DNA of 64,000 nt from Nannocystales bacterium. GTDB lineage: Bacteria; Myxococcota_A; Polyangia; Nannocystales; Nannocystaceae. Position 1 is the first letter of the stretch. Each line of letters starts with the position of its first letter. The translations under genes were made by a program, and so were the position numbers. Shown piece by piece: positions 20,947 through 30,328 of this stretch. Under the pieces are notes generated by a model. That model made no database searches, was not told the origin of the DNA, and worked only from the letters and a program-made list of their open reading frames with translations. The stretch lies in NCBI GenBank assembly GCA_050633305.1, contig JBOEGF010000023.1, forward strand, positions 128,001 to 192,000, in the 5' to 3' direction.

Positions 20947-22596
20947 TCAACGTGGCTTCAGCTCGGTGAGCACGAGCAGGGTTTCAGGGGTGTCGTTGGG
21001 AGAGAGCTTGGCGTAGGGATTGTCCGCGGTCGGAAAGCCGGTGAACCGGGCGTTGTTGAACGAGCCCCAGGACGGCCCAAGAAACAGAGGAATGACCGGC
21101 GCGGCCTCGACGAAGGACGCTTCGAGAGCGTGCGTGAGCCGCTCGACGTCGGCCGGGTCGAGCGCGGCCTCGAGCTCTTGCAACGTCCGGTCGGTTTGCG
21201 GGGACGAGAACCGGTGCCAGTTGCTTGCCGCGGGCTGACCAAGCGGAAGCTTCTGCGCGGAGCTCAGAAGGTTTCGGTAGAAGATGTAGGGCGAGGGGCC
21301 CTGGATCGACCACGCGATGCAGAGGTCGAACTCGCCCCGCTGGAGGCGGTCGAACCAGGCGGAGAAGTCGTAGGTCTTGACCGAGACCTGCACGCCGATC
21401 GTCTGAAGCTGCCTCGAGATGATCTGGGCCGCTCGAACCCAGTCCGACCAGCCGTTGACGACGTTGAGTTCCAGCTCCAACAGCTCGCCGTACGGGTCGC
21501 GAACGCGTCCTTCATCATCGCGGTGGTAACCGGCGGCCTCGAGTTCTCTTGTCGCGCGCGAGGGGTCGTACGTGACCCAGTCGCCCTGTTCGACCGCACC
21601 CGGGTCACGCAGTTGCGCGTACGCATCGCTCAACCCCGTGGCGTCAGCCGCCCGTGTGTAGTCGAACATCGCCACTTCGGCGAGCACGCTTCGATCGATC
21701 GCTCGGCTCAGTGCCTTGCGGACGGCGGCGTCCTTGAGTGCCGGGTGGGTGTTGTTGGGGTAGAGCATGACCGTGTTGCCCACGAGGGGGAACCAGTAGC
21801 GGTGGTGGGCCGGGTCGCGCTCGACGAACACGCGGTCGATCGCAGGCACGAAGTTCCCCGCCCAGTCGACTTCGCCACGAAGCAGACCCAGCGTCGCCTG
21901 GTCGTTGGAGGGCAGCGCCGGGAACCGCAGTGCCCGAACGGCCGGCTTACCCGGCTGCCAGTAGTGGGGGTTGCGACCCAGCACGTACAGCTGGTCGCGA
22001 AACGTTTCGACTTCGGTGAACGGTCCGGTCGCGACCGGGTTGGGGTTGGCGAAGGTGACGGGATCCTCGATGTCCCGCCACACATGTGCGGGCACGATCG
22101 GCTGATGAGCGATGTAGCCCAGCCCGGGCACGAATGGCTTCGAGAACCGAAACTCCACCTGCAAGGGCCCGCCAGCCTCGACGGTTTCGAGGAAGCTCGC
22201 GGTGTTGTTTAGATCGAGTGCCGGGTTCTCTCGCAACAAGGCGAAGGTCTGCACCACATCGTCGGCGGAAAACGGCTCCCCGTCCGACCAGCGAACCCCC
22301 GGCCGGAGCTCGAAGTGAAGGGTCTTGCCTGCATTCGACCACGCGTACGAGCGTGCGAGCCAAGGTACGTATGCTGACTTCAGAGTGTTGAAGACCAGCA
22401 GCGGCTCGTACACCCCGCCTCGGGTCGGCCACCGGGCGAGATCTTCGGCCACCAGGGGGTTGAAGTTCCGTACCCACGACGCTTGCTGCTCCTTGGACAC
22501 GGTGAGCACCCCGGACTCCACCGGGGAGACCGGGTCCGTGCACCCGCCTGCACCGAGCAGGAGACCGAGCAGGCTTCGCCGAAAGAAACGTCCCAA
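20947..22596 (-). CDS. ABC substrate-binding lipoprotein, family 5 (probably cello-oligosaccharide binding)
   Basis: Lipobox GAGGC, RNFNPL, YEPL, WSDGEPFSADDV, GWSDW; same operon as GH1. Confidence 0.92.
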   Translation of the reverse strand: MGRFFRRSLLGLLLGAGGCTDPVSPVESGVLTVSKEQQASWVRNFNPLVAEDLARWPTRGGVYEPLLVFNTLKSAYVPWLARSYAWSNAGKTLHFELRPGVRWSDGEPFSADDVVQTFALLRENPALDLNNTASFLETVEAGGPLQVEFRFSKPFVPGLGYIAHQPIVPAHVWRDIEDPVTFANPNPVATGPFTEVETFRDQLYVLGRNPHYWQPGKPAVRALRFPALPSNDQATLGLLRGEVDWAGNFVPAIDRVFVERDPAHHRYWFPLVGNTVMLYPNNTHPALKDAAVRKALSRAIDRSVLAEVAMFDYTRAADATGLSDAYAQLRDPGAVEQGDWVTYDPSRATRELEAAGYHRDDEGRVRDPYGELLELELNVVNGWSDWVRAAQIISRQLQTIGVQVSVKTYDFSAWFDRLQRGEFDLCIAWSIQGPSPYIFYRNLLSSAQKLPLGQPAASNWHRFSSPQTDRTLQELEAALDPADVERLTHALEASFVEAAPVIPLFLGPSWGSFNNARFTGFPTADNPYAKLSPNDTPETLLVLTELKPR

Positions 22597-22611
22597 CGCC
22601 CTTCAGGGCAG

Positions 22612-22627
22612 AGCAAGAAGCGTGCTC
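22612..22627 (-). promoter_or_regulatory. Putative sigma54 promoter (GAGCACG-cttc-TTGCT) of the ABC/GH1 operon
   Basis: Matches TGGCACG-N4-TTGCW except at the first two bases; about 16 nt before the start codon. Confidence 0.55.
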
Positions 22628-22638
22628 ACCTGAAGGCC

Positions 22639-22696
22639 AACGGTTCCGTGACCAGCCCGCGGAACCGTTCGATCCGCCCGGAAGGCGCGGTTCCGC
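22639..22696. promoter_or_regulatory. Putative activator-binding region: AACGGTTCCG-N11-CGGAACCGTT plus CGGAA-N7-TTCCG
   Basis: Perfect 10-bp inverted repeat; CCGGAAGGnnCGnTTCCGC also occurs at 29603-29621. Confidence 0.55.
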
Positions 22697-22758
22697 GGCC
22701 GACGGTGTGCGACGTCGTCACACAATGTCACCGTCGCCGCGGTTCACTGAAAAAAGTC

Positions 22759-22786
22759 TCATCGGTCCGGCGTGTCCTGTGCCACT
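22759..22786 (+). promoter_or_regulatory. Putative ECF promoter type A: TCATC-N18-CCACT
   Basis: Preceded by an A-tract; upstream of the sigma54 activator gene. Confidence 0.7.
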
Positions 22787-22831
22787 GCGCCACACAGACG
22801 GCTCCCACGTCTGTGACCCTGTTGTCGCAAG

Positions 22832-23950
22832 GTGGGGACCGTCGTGGAGGAGAACGTGCAGCAGACCACCGGCCAGAGCTTCATCTCGGATTCAGGGCCC
22901 GCTCCTTTCGACGAGGCCCCCTCCCCACGACTCGAGGAAGGGTTGGGGCGGGTGATCGGAGCATCCCCCGAGATTCGCCGGATCTATCCGCTGTGCAAGC
23001 GATTGGCGGAGTCGAATCTACCGGTCGTGATCTCGGGGGAGACCGGGACTGGCAAGGAGCTGCTGGCCGAGTCGCTCCACGAGCTCAGCCCCCGTGCCAG
23101 TCGGCCGTTCGTGGTCCTGGACTGCACGGCGATCCCCAAGAACCTCGTCGAGTCGGCGTTGTTTGGACACGAGAAAGGAGCCTTCACGGGCGCGACCCAG
23201 GCTCGCCGAGGCGTTTTCGAGGAAGCCCACGGCGGCACCTTGCTTCTCGACGAGATCGGGGACCTCGAGTTCGATCTCCAGGCCAAGCTGTTGCGCGCGC
23301 TCGAACGCAACGAGATCAAGCGCGTCGGTTCGACGCGACGCGTCCACGTGGACGTGCGGATCATGGCCGCAACGCGTCGCGACCTCGCCGAGATGGTCCG
23401 CGAAGGACGCTTTCGAGATGACCTGTACTTTCGACTCGCAGTCACGCAGGTCGAGCTCCCCCCGCTGCGGCAGCGAACGGGCGATGTGCGCCGCTTGGCG
23501 TCCACGTTCTGGCAGCGGCTTCAGCCGAACACGCCGATGCCCGACACCCTGCTGCCCCGCCTCGAGGCCCGTAGCTGGCCCGGCAACGTCCGTGAGCTGC
23601 AGAATACGGTCGCTCGCTGTGCCGCCTTGGGAGAACTTGCGTGGACGAGAGGGACCGGGGCTCAGGAACACCTGGCACATGCGCCCGCGCCCGCGCCCGC
23701 ACGAGCTCCAGCCGCCGCCGCTCCCGAAGCAGGCTTGGAAGCGAACATGCGGGACTGCTTCGAGGAGATTCTCGGGCGGGGCCTTCCACTGCCCGAAGCA
23801 CGCAAGGAGCTGGTCCGGCAGTTCGAGCGCAGCTATGTCGAGCGCGCGCTCTCGGAGAGTTCGGGGTGCGTGTCGAAGGCCGCCGAGGCGTCCGGAGTGG
23901 GCCCGCGCTACTTCCGGATGATCCGGGCGCGCTCGCGCAAGTCCAGCTGA
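22832..23950 (+). CDS. Sigma54-dependent enhancer-binding protein (AAA+/Fis-HTH) without N-terminal sensor domain
   Basis: GETGTGKE, GAFTGA, LLLDEI, FRDDLYFRL, WPGNVREL, C-terminal HTH; only about 37 aa precede the AAA+ domain. Confidence 0.93.
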   Translation: MGTVVEENVQQTTGQSFISDSGPAPFDEAPSPRLEEGLGRVIGASPEIRRIYPLCKRLAESNLPVVISGETGTGKELLAESLHELSPRASRPFVVLDCTAIPKNLVESALFGHEKGAFTGATQARRGVFEEAHGGTLLLDEIGDLEFDLQAKLLRALERNEIKRVGSTRRVHVDVRIMAATRRDLAEMVREGRFRDDLYFRLAVTQVELPPLRQRTGDVRRLASTFWQRLQPNTPMPDTLLPRLEARSWPGNVRELQNTVARCAALGELAWTRGTGAQEHLAHAPAPAPARAPAAAAPEAGLEANMRDCFEEILGRGLPLPEARKELVRQFERSYVERALSESSGCVSKAAEASGVGPRYFRMIRARSRKSS

Positions 23951-24003
23951 CCGCCCCAACCGCTCGGGCCGGTCGTGCAGCCCACGCGGACCGAGGCGAG
24001 CGT

Positions 24004-25788
24004 TCACCACCAGAACGTCGCGCGGATCATGAACACGTCTTGATCCGGGATTCGGGTCGGCGCGCCGCGATTGCCGGAGTCCTGGTTTCCCGTCGTCGTG
24101 CCGAAGCCATCCGGGGGAACGGCTGCCGAGGGCGGCTGAACGCACAGTTCTGCATCCCCGCCCATGTCGCAGTTGCGCACGTTGTACATGTAGCGCGAGT
24201 ATTGAAGCGAGATCTCCTCTCGGGACAGCCACGCGGTTCGGAAGACCATCCGCGGAGACACCACGGCAAAGGACTGTTCGGGAACGCGCGAGTTGGGCTG
24301 CACGCGATCGTAGCGAGCCCCGACCCCAAACCAAGACAGCGCGCTGAAGAGACCGTTGATGCCGTACTTCATCTTCAGCACGCCATCGACATCCGGGTCA
24401 TCGCTCGCGACCTTGTTGAACATGCCGTAGAGCTTCAGCGAAAAGTCCATGCCCTGGCCGTAGAACGAGTCGCCCTCGAGAACGCGACGAACACTCTGCT
24501 CGTACTGCGCCATCACCGAGTAGATCTCGCCATTGCCGTTGCTCGCTCGCTGCGGGCTGTTGAGGTAGTTGTCCACGATCCCGAAGGTGAACTGCCCGCC
24601 TCCCCGGGAGTGAATGACCTCGATCGCGGGGCCGACGACGCCAGCGGAGACGGCCTTGATGTACGAGAACCCGGCGTAGAGGTAGCCGATCTTTCCCCAG
24701 TCCACGCGAAGGTCCGGCCCCACGACGGTCATCGTTCCGTCGGGCGCATCGACATTCTGTTCGCCGTCTCTATCCTCCTCGCGTGCAAGCGCCTGGAGGT
24801 AGTGCGTCCCCACCTCGATGTTGTCCCGGTACGACAACCCAACATGTCCGTGGTGAAGGAACGTGAATCGGGCGGTGTTGAAGATTCGGGGGTCGGGACG
24901 GCTGGTGCCGATCCCGTGCTCGAAGCTGAGGGTGAAGTCTTTGAGAAGGAACTCGACCTCCCCGGCTTCCCCAATCGCGTGGGTCCGGCCGAACAGATAG
25001 GTGTCGAGCTCTCCTGCGTCGTACCGCCCGGCAGATCCGTATCGGTTGTCGAACGAGCCGATCTTCCACATGAGCCGGACGTTCTTCGCCTTGAGGTTCG
25101 GCGTGAGCGTGACGAACCCCTGGGCGATACCGAACTGAGCGTTGTCTTCCTTCCACGCCGCGTCGGTGAAGTTGAAGCCCTGCAGCGAAACCGTGCCGGT
25201 CGCCACGCTGTTGCCATAGCTGAAGTACAGCTCGGACCAATCTCGCGGGTTGTGCTGCGTGTACTGGTAGCTCAGGTATTGGTCGTCGGGGATGACAGGG
25301 TAGTGCAGCGTTCGCTCGCTTTGCCCCTCAGCCGGCTCGTCGCGCTGACCGACCCCCAGCCGCATGGGCGCACGAATGTAGCCGTGAAAGTCGAAGCCCC
25401 AGTCTCCACCTTGGTCTTGGTCGTCTCCCCCCCCACGCGAGCTCAGGTTGCGACGCTGAACGCGTCCTCGTCCTTTCTTTCGTTCCCGGCTCGGAAACGC
25501 GTTGGGACGGGAGGTCGGTACCGGCGTCCCGGCGGTGTTCGACATCTCCACGGTGGGGAGCGCCGCGCGGTTGTCGACCACGGGCTCGGAGGTCTCGGAC
25601 GGTTCGTCGGGGGCCTCGCCGGTGGGGTCCGCTGGGGCGTTCACTTCCGCCGTCGCGTCCTCGGTCGCCACCGGGGTCTCAGCGGCAGTCTCGGTGTCGG
25701 CAGCGGCCTCCACCTCTGGCGATGCGGGAGCTTCCTCCGGCGCAGGCTCGACGAGCGAGAGAAGCATCGGCAACAGTGCAACGTTCAT
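24004..25788 (-). CDS. Hypothetical outer-membrane beta-barrel protein (candidate carbohydrate porin)
   Basis: Signal peptide, acidic P/E linker, FDFHGYIR (resembles LamB strand 1), aromatic-rich strands, C-terminal RATFWW; ATGA overlap with GH9. Confidence 0.7.
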   Translation of the reverse strand: MNVALLPMLLSLVEPAPEEAPASPEVEAAADTETAAETPVATEDATAEVNAPADPTGEAPDEPSETSEPVVDNRAALPTVEMSNTAGTPVPTSRPNAFPSRERKKGRGRVQRRNLSSRGGGDDQDQGGDWGFDFHGYIRAPMRLGVGQRDEPAEGQSERTLHYPVIPDDQYLSYQYTQHNPRDWSELYFSYGNSVATGTVSLQGFNFTDAAWKEDNAQFGIAQGFVTLTPNLKAKNVRLMWKIGSFDNRYGSAGRYDAGELDTYLFGRTHAIGEAGEVEFLLKDFTLSFEHGIGTSRPDPRIFNTARFTFLHHGHVGLSYRDNIEVGTHYLQALAREEDRDGEQNVDAPDGTMTVVGPDLRVDWGKIGYLYAGFSYIKAVSAGVVGPAIEVIHSRGGGQFTFGIVDNYLNSPQRASNGNGEIYSVMAQYEQSVRRVLEGDSFYGQGMDFSLKLYGMFNKVASDDPDVDGVLKMKYGINGLFSALSWFGVGARYDRVQPNSRVPEQSFAVVSPRMVFRTAWLSREEISLQYSRYMYNVRNCDMGGDAELCVQPPSAAVPPDGFGTTTGNQDSGNRGAPTRIPDQDVFMIRATFWW

Positions 25789-28130
25789 GGATTGGCTCCG
25801 CTCGTTTCATCGAGGAACGCAAGGACCCAGACCAAGGGAGCGTTCCAGTTGATCGCGATCTCGTTGGTGGACCAGGACTCGATGTGGTCCACGAAGCACC
25901 GCTGCGCCGGACACCCTCCAAGTCCCGCCGACTTCGCATAGGGGTCCTGAATCGCGGAGTTCGGACCGCCCGAGACGATCCCCGGCGGCGGCCCCGGATA
26001 GTCTGGGTCTTTCTGTTTGGCCCAGAATCGGTGGTGTGGGTTTTCCAGGGGGTTTGCGCCGTACCCGGTCACGTACGACTGCCACACCGGGTTGCGACCG
26101 AGGATGTAGTTCATGGCCTCGGCGGTCGCGTCGAGCAGGGCGTCGTCCTTGGAAAACGCGTAGCCCAGGCCCAACACCACCGCGTTGTTGAGCACGAGTG
26201 AGTTGGAACCCCAGGGGTAGTTTCCGGCGCCATCGGGGGCAAGCGGCACGCGATACCCCTCGCGCTCGACCTGCTTGGCGATCGACCGCGCGACTGCCAC
26301 GACAGCCTCGCGTGCTGCCTTTGCGTCCGCTGGTGCTCGCCTAGCGCCGGCCGTCGCGAGCGAGAGTGTCCCCAAGGATCCAACGAGCTGCCAGTTCATG
26401 GGCGCCGCGTGTCCCCCCTGTGCCCGCGTGGGTCCCAGCACCACGCCAAAGTGCTCGCCCTGTGCGTCCTTGCGGTACTGCGCGTCTCCGGTCGAAAGGT
26501 ACAGCTCGATTGCTGCCCAATAAAACTCGTCGGAAACTCGGCTGTCTTCGTACGGCCCGCCGCCCACGTTGTCGTCGCCAGAGGCGTGGAGGTCGGGAGT
26601 CGTCTTTGCCGCAGCATAGGCGCGCTTCGAGGCGGTCAAGCATCGACGGGCGAACGTGGGGTCGATCGTTTCGTACACCCGCGCGGCTTGGGCAGTCACC
26701 GCTGCGAGATTCAGCGTTGCGGCGGTACTCGGCCGGTGGAGGAAGCGTTTGTCCGTAGCGTCGGGCGGGGACAACGGCAGGCCCGCCCAAGCCTCCTCGT
26801 GCACCTTGTGAAACGCCATGCCGGCCCACTTGGGGTGTCCCGCGGGCACCTGCATCCTCAGCAGGAATTCGAGCTCCCAGCGGACCTCGTCCAGCAGGTC
26901 GTTGGTGCCGTTGCCCGACTCGGGGATGTTCGCCGTTCCGTCGGCGAACGCGTTCGCTCCGGCGCCCACTTCGGTCATGCGCTCGTAGGCGTTGAGCAAC
27001 GTCCACACCGCGATTCCGGCGTTGACGACGTACTTCCCGTGATCGCCGGCGTCGTACCAGCCGCCAGAGACGTCAAACGTTCCCGTGCAGTCCAAGGCGG
27101 GTTGGCAGGAAACACTCCGGTCACTTTGATGCCCAGCGCCACGAGCCCACCGGGCCTCGCCGGCAAACGGCATCGCGATCTCGGTGCCGCTGCGGTTGTG
27201 AAAGAAGAAACGCAGCGCGTCGAGCTTCATCGAGCGGTAGAGGTGCCCTTGGATCGCGAACGCATCGCTCTGCTCCTCACCTACCCGCACGACGTAGCCC
27301 TCGCCCGTCGTTTTCACCGAGCTGAAGTCGACCCAGTGGACATGCTCTCCCGACCCCACATCGGGCCCAAAAACGGTCGTCATGCCTGTCGCCACCTCGA
27401 CGCCCTCGGCATCCAACAGAGCCCAAGCGACCGGTATCTGGCCGGGGTCACGCAACGTCGCGAACTTGGGGCGCGATGGCAGGTAACCCACCTGGTTCAC
27501 GCGAATCGGGGGGGCACGCAAGTGGTCGGGCGGTGGAGGCGGCGTGTATTCGGGGTCCGAGAGCGCCACGTCATCGAAGCAAACGCGCGTGGGCACCTTT
27601 GCCGCGAGTGGCCCGCCCATCAGGAAGCTCAGCTCTGCGGCATCGTCCTCACCCCGCATGATGAAATGCCCCACAAATCGCTGCGGCTCGGTGCCGACCT
27701 CGACCTGGCTGGCCCAATACTCGTCGTACGGCGGGCCCACCTGCGCGACCTTGGGCCACAGCTGAGTGGGTGGTGTTGCGCTCGCGCTGAACTCGACACG
27801 GTACGCGTGTCCGGCGGTCAGCGTGAGGGCACGATGACGGACTTGCGCATCCCAGGCGGTTTCTCCCCCCGCGTCCAAGGCGACACACAGCGCCCCGTCA
27901 TCAAGCTCAGCCCGACCGCTGGCAAGCTCGACCATCGACGCTTTCCAGGGCGCGAGCGTTCCATCTTCGAACGCACCGTTGCGGATGAGGTTGTGGTCGC
28001 CGTCGATGATCGGAGCCGGCCCGTCATCGTGAACGGTCGCCACCGAGGCAGAGCCCGGCGCGTTGGAAGCATCCGCCGCACCGCAACCGGCAACGAGTGC
28101 GAGGAGAAGGGCTGGGTTGAAGGTCTTCAC
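25785..28130 (-). CDS. GH9 cellulase lipoprotein (CBM4_9 + Ig-like + GH9)
   Basis: Lipobox LVAGC, NLIRNGAFE (CBM4), IRVNQVGY, GGWYDAGDHGKY, NPHHRFW, NEIAINWNAPL. Confidence 0.95.
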   Translation of the reverse strand: MKTFNPALLLALVAGCGAADASNAPGSASVATVHDDGPAPIIDGDHNLIRNGAFEDGTLAPWKASMVELASGRAELDDGALCVALDAGGETAWDAQVRHRALTLTAGHAYRVEFSASATPPTQLWPKVAQVGPPYDEYWASQVEVGTEPQRFVGHFIMRGEDDAAELSFLMGGPLAAKVPTRVCFDDVALSDPEYTPPPPPDHLRAPPIRVNQVGYLPSRPKFATLRDPGQIPVAWALLDAEGVEVATGMTTVFGPDVGSGEHVHWVDFSSVKTTGEGYVVRVGEEQSDAFAIQGHLYRSMKLDALRFFFHNRSGTEIAMPFAGEARWARGAGHQSDRSVSCQPALDCTGTFDVSGGWYDAGDHGKYVVNAGIAVWTLLNAYERMTEVGAGANAFADGTANIPESGNGTNDLLDEVRWELEFLLRMQVPAGHPKWAGMAFHKVHEEAWAGLPLSPPDATDKRFLHRPSTAATLNLAAVTAQAARVYETIDPTFARRCLTASKRAYAAAKTTPDLHASGDDNVGGGPYEDSRVSDEFYWAAIELYLSTGDAQYRKDAQGEHFGVVLGPTRAQGGHAAPMNWQLVGSLGTLSLATAGARRAPADAKAAREAVVAVARSIAKQVEREGYRVPLAPDGAGNYPWGSNSLVLNNAVVLGLGYAFSKDDALLDATAEAMNYILGRNPVWQSYVTGYGANPLENPHHRFWAKQKDPDYPGPPPGIVSGGPNSAIQDPYAKSAGLGGCPAQRCFVDHIESWSTNEIAINWNAPLVWVLAFLDETSGANP

Positions 28131-28864
28131 TTGGCGTCACACCCGTAGAACGAGACATCGTCGATCCAGATGTCGAACTCGGTCTGCGCCGCGTTGAACT
28201 GAAACTGGACCCCATAGATCGCGGCGCTGTCGATGCTGCCCGGCCGCGGCGCCCCCCATCCGGGCATCTGCTTCATCGAGTCGAACGGCACGACGAACTG
28301 CTGCCAGTGCTCTTCGAGTTCGACCGCCTTGCCGAAGTCGTTGAAGCACTCTGTGCACTGACCACCCTCGGCGTCGGTCGAGACGTCGGGGATCTTGACG
28401 CGAAGCGACGCACCACTGTTCGCGCTCCTGCGGGCGAAGAACGTGATGCCCTCGTAGGCGCTTGCGTCGTAGGGCGCCTTTGGGTCGACGAAGTTGAGTC
28501 CGTAGCCGGCGAAGACGATTGTCCCGGCGGCTGTCTTTCCCTGGAACCTCGCGGCGTGGAGCGACCCGTTCGCCCCTCCCACGGCCTGGGAGAAGGTTCC
28601 GCCGAGTCGTCCTGCGACCGGCTCGACCGTGGAACCCGCTTCGTCGAGGAAGGTGTAGACGTATCCTCCGCGCCCGCCGTGTTCGAGCAAACGGTGGTCG
28701 TTGTCCTCGCTATCCTCGATGACCGCGGATCGGTCGCAACCGCCGAGGTCCATGCGAGAGACCGCGGGAGCCGGCTCGGACGTTCCGCCCGAAGAGGCCG
28801 AACACGAGGCCAGAGCCACAACGAGGACCAAGGGGGTGATGCGGGAACTCATCTCGACTTGCAT
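28127..28864 (-). CDS. Lipoprotein with CBM11-like domain (paralog of 14803-15684)
   Basis: Lipobox ALASC; IEDSED..YTFLD..YDASAYEG..WQQFVV..DDVSFY. Start could be 28852 or 28870. Confidence 0.78.
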   Translation of the reverse strand: MQVEMSSRITPLVLVVALASCSASSGGTSEPAPAVSRMDLGGCDRSAVIEDSEDNDHRLLEHGGRGGYVYTFLDEAGSTVEPVAGRLGGTFSQAVGGANGSLHAARFQGKTAAGTIVFAGYGLNFVDPKAPYDASAYEGITFFARRSANSGASLRVKIPDVSTDAEGGQCTECFNDFGKAVELEEHWQQFVVPFDSMKQMPGWGAPRPGSIDSAAIYGVQFQFNAAQTEFDIWIDDVSFYGCDAK

Positions 28865-28879
28865 CGACACACTCTTCGA

Positions 28880-29461
28880 CTAGAAATCGACGCAGTAGCC
28901 GAACATCGCCACTGCGCCGGGTGCTAGGGCGGCGTTGAAGTCGACCCCGGAGAAGGTCGCCAGGCCGTCGACGACATCTTCGACCACGACGTTCCAGGAC
29001 TGGTTGAGCACACCGCCGATGTCGAGATCGATCACCCACGTAATCGACATCTCCGAAACGTTCGTGACGATGACGTCGTTGCACTCCCCGGTCTCCCACG
29101 CGGTCTGCTGCATCACCTGAACCTCGAGCAAGCCGTCGTTGCTGGTCTCGAAACTGCCCGAGCTCGAGCCTCCGACCTCCGAACTTCCGGTCCCTCCGGT
29201 GCTCGTCGAGCTCTCTTCGCTCGGTGCCGAAGAGGAGGAGGTCGTGGTGGTTGTGCTCGCCGTCGTCGACGTCGTCGTGGTCGTCGTGGTCGTCGACGTG
29301 GTGCTCGCGCTCGAGGTCGATCCGGTTCCCTCCACAGGAAGTTCCGCGGTGTCCGAGTTGCTCCCGAACACGGACGGCCCATCGGTCCGAGGTGCTCCAA
29401 CGCACCCGGGCAGCGAGACCGCCATGCAGGGGAGCGCGAGCCAGATCGAGATGCGCCGCAT
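28880..29461 (-). CDS. Lipoprotein with Thr/Ser linker and C-terminal CBM2-like domain
   Basis: Lipobox SLPGC, poly-T/S linker, WETGEC..VTN..W..QSWN..FNAALAPG..FGYC. Confidence 0.8.
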   Translation of the reverse strand: MRRISIWLALPCMAVSLPGCVGAPRTDGPSVFGSNSDTAELPVEGTGSTSSASTTSTTTTTTTTSTTASTTTTTSSSSAPSEESSTSTGGTGSSEVGGSSSGSFETSNDGLLEVQVMQQTAWETGECNDVIVTNVSEMSITWVIDLDIGGVLNQSWNVVVEDVVDGLATFSGVDFNAALAPGAVAMFGYCVDF

Positions 29462-29477
29462 GACGAGAGAGTTCAGA

Positions 29478-29493
29478 AGCACGCGCCGTGCCA
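29478..29493 (-). promoter_or_regulatory. Putative sigma54 promoter (TGGCACG-gcgc-GTGCT) of the CBM2-CBM11-GH9-porin operon
   Basis: GG-N10-GC spacing with near-consensus; about 17 nt before the ATG. Confidence 0.75.
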
Positions 29494-29565
29494 TGACGGA
29501 ACAACCCGAGGTTCGTGTCGTTGGCGCACAGACCGGATCGCAGGCTTCCCGGAACCGGAAGCGTC

Positions 29566-29621
29566 CGTTCCCTTGCCGGAGCCGACCGAACCCGCTCGAC
29601 CGCCGGAAGGATCGTTTCCGC
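29566..29621. promoter_or_regulatory. Putative activator-binding region including CGGAA-N7-TTCCG (29604-29620)
   Basis: Aligns with 22641-22696 in motif content and spacing. Confidence 0.55.
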
Positions 29622-29784
29622 TTTCGGTTCGACGACCCACGCCGGGGCTCGACGGACGTCTTCGGCGCGGGCGACTCCGACGCCGGACTGGACCGCCCTT
29701 TGCACTGAAGCCAACCGAAATGGACTCTCGAGCGGTGCAACTCTGTCCGACCCGCGACTGTGCGCAGGTGCGAGCGACAGCCCG

Positions 29785-30282
29785 ATGATCATCGTGGTCG
29801 TCGGGGTTTGCGGCTCTGGAAAGAGCACGCTGGGGAGGGCGCTCGCGCGGCGTCTTGCAGCGCGATTCCACGATACGGACCACCGACGGCCGGCTGGAGG
29901 GTCTGTGTCCGAATGGCTCGGACCGGTGGCAGACGTCCTTCAAGCCCCAGGGCCTCGCGAGCACCTGGTCGTCGCCTGCAGGGCCCTGCGCCAGGAACAA
30001 CGCGATACCCTCCGCCGAGCGTGCGGTCAGCTTCGCCTCGTCTTCGTCCACCCCTCGTCGCTCACGCTGGCGGAGCGGTACGATGTGCGCCGGCTCCAAA
30101 CCATGGGGCGGGTCCCTTTGCTCGCCGCGCAGTTGCGGGACCTCGAACCCCCCAGCCCCCGAGAGGGCGCGCTGTTTGTCGACAACGAGGGGCCGGTCGA
30201 AACGGTTGCGGACCGGGTCGTGGCGTCTTTGATGCTCGATGCCTCCGCGTCGCTCGACCTCCAGCGCCGCACGGACTCGTGA
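29785..30282 (+). CDS. Gluconokinase-like (GntK/IdnK family), divergent
   Basis: MIIVVVGVCGSGKST, VVACRAL, QLRDLEPP. Confidence 0.8.
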   Translation: MIIVVVGVCGSGKSTLGRALARRLAARFHDTDHRRPAGGSVSEWLGPVADVLQAPGPREHLVVACRALRQEQRDTLRRACGQLRLVFVHPSSLTLAERYDVRRLQTMGRVPLLAAQLRDLEPPSPREGALFVDNEGPVETVADRVVASLMLDASASLDLQRRTDS

Positions 30283-30328
30283 CCCCCGCCCTCTTGCACC
30301 GCTCTCCTCCCTTCGCCCAGGAGGCCTC

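Noticed and set aside
17126..22596. ABC operon as a peptide importer
   Set aside because: The fold family is Opp/Dpp, but coupling to GH1 and the cellulase context favour oligosaccharides.
22723..22750. Minus-strand TCAGT after a T-tract as a ninth type A promoter for the ABC operon
   Set aside because: The N18 position reads CATTG rather than CC(T/A)CT, so it was not counted.
23641..28148. Long plus-strand ORFs (766 aa, 579 aa) and similar antisense ORFs elsewhere
   Set aside because: They are shadows of real genes caused by high-GC codon bias and carry no motifs.
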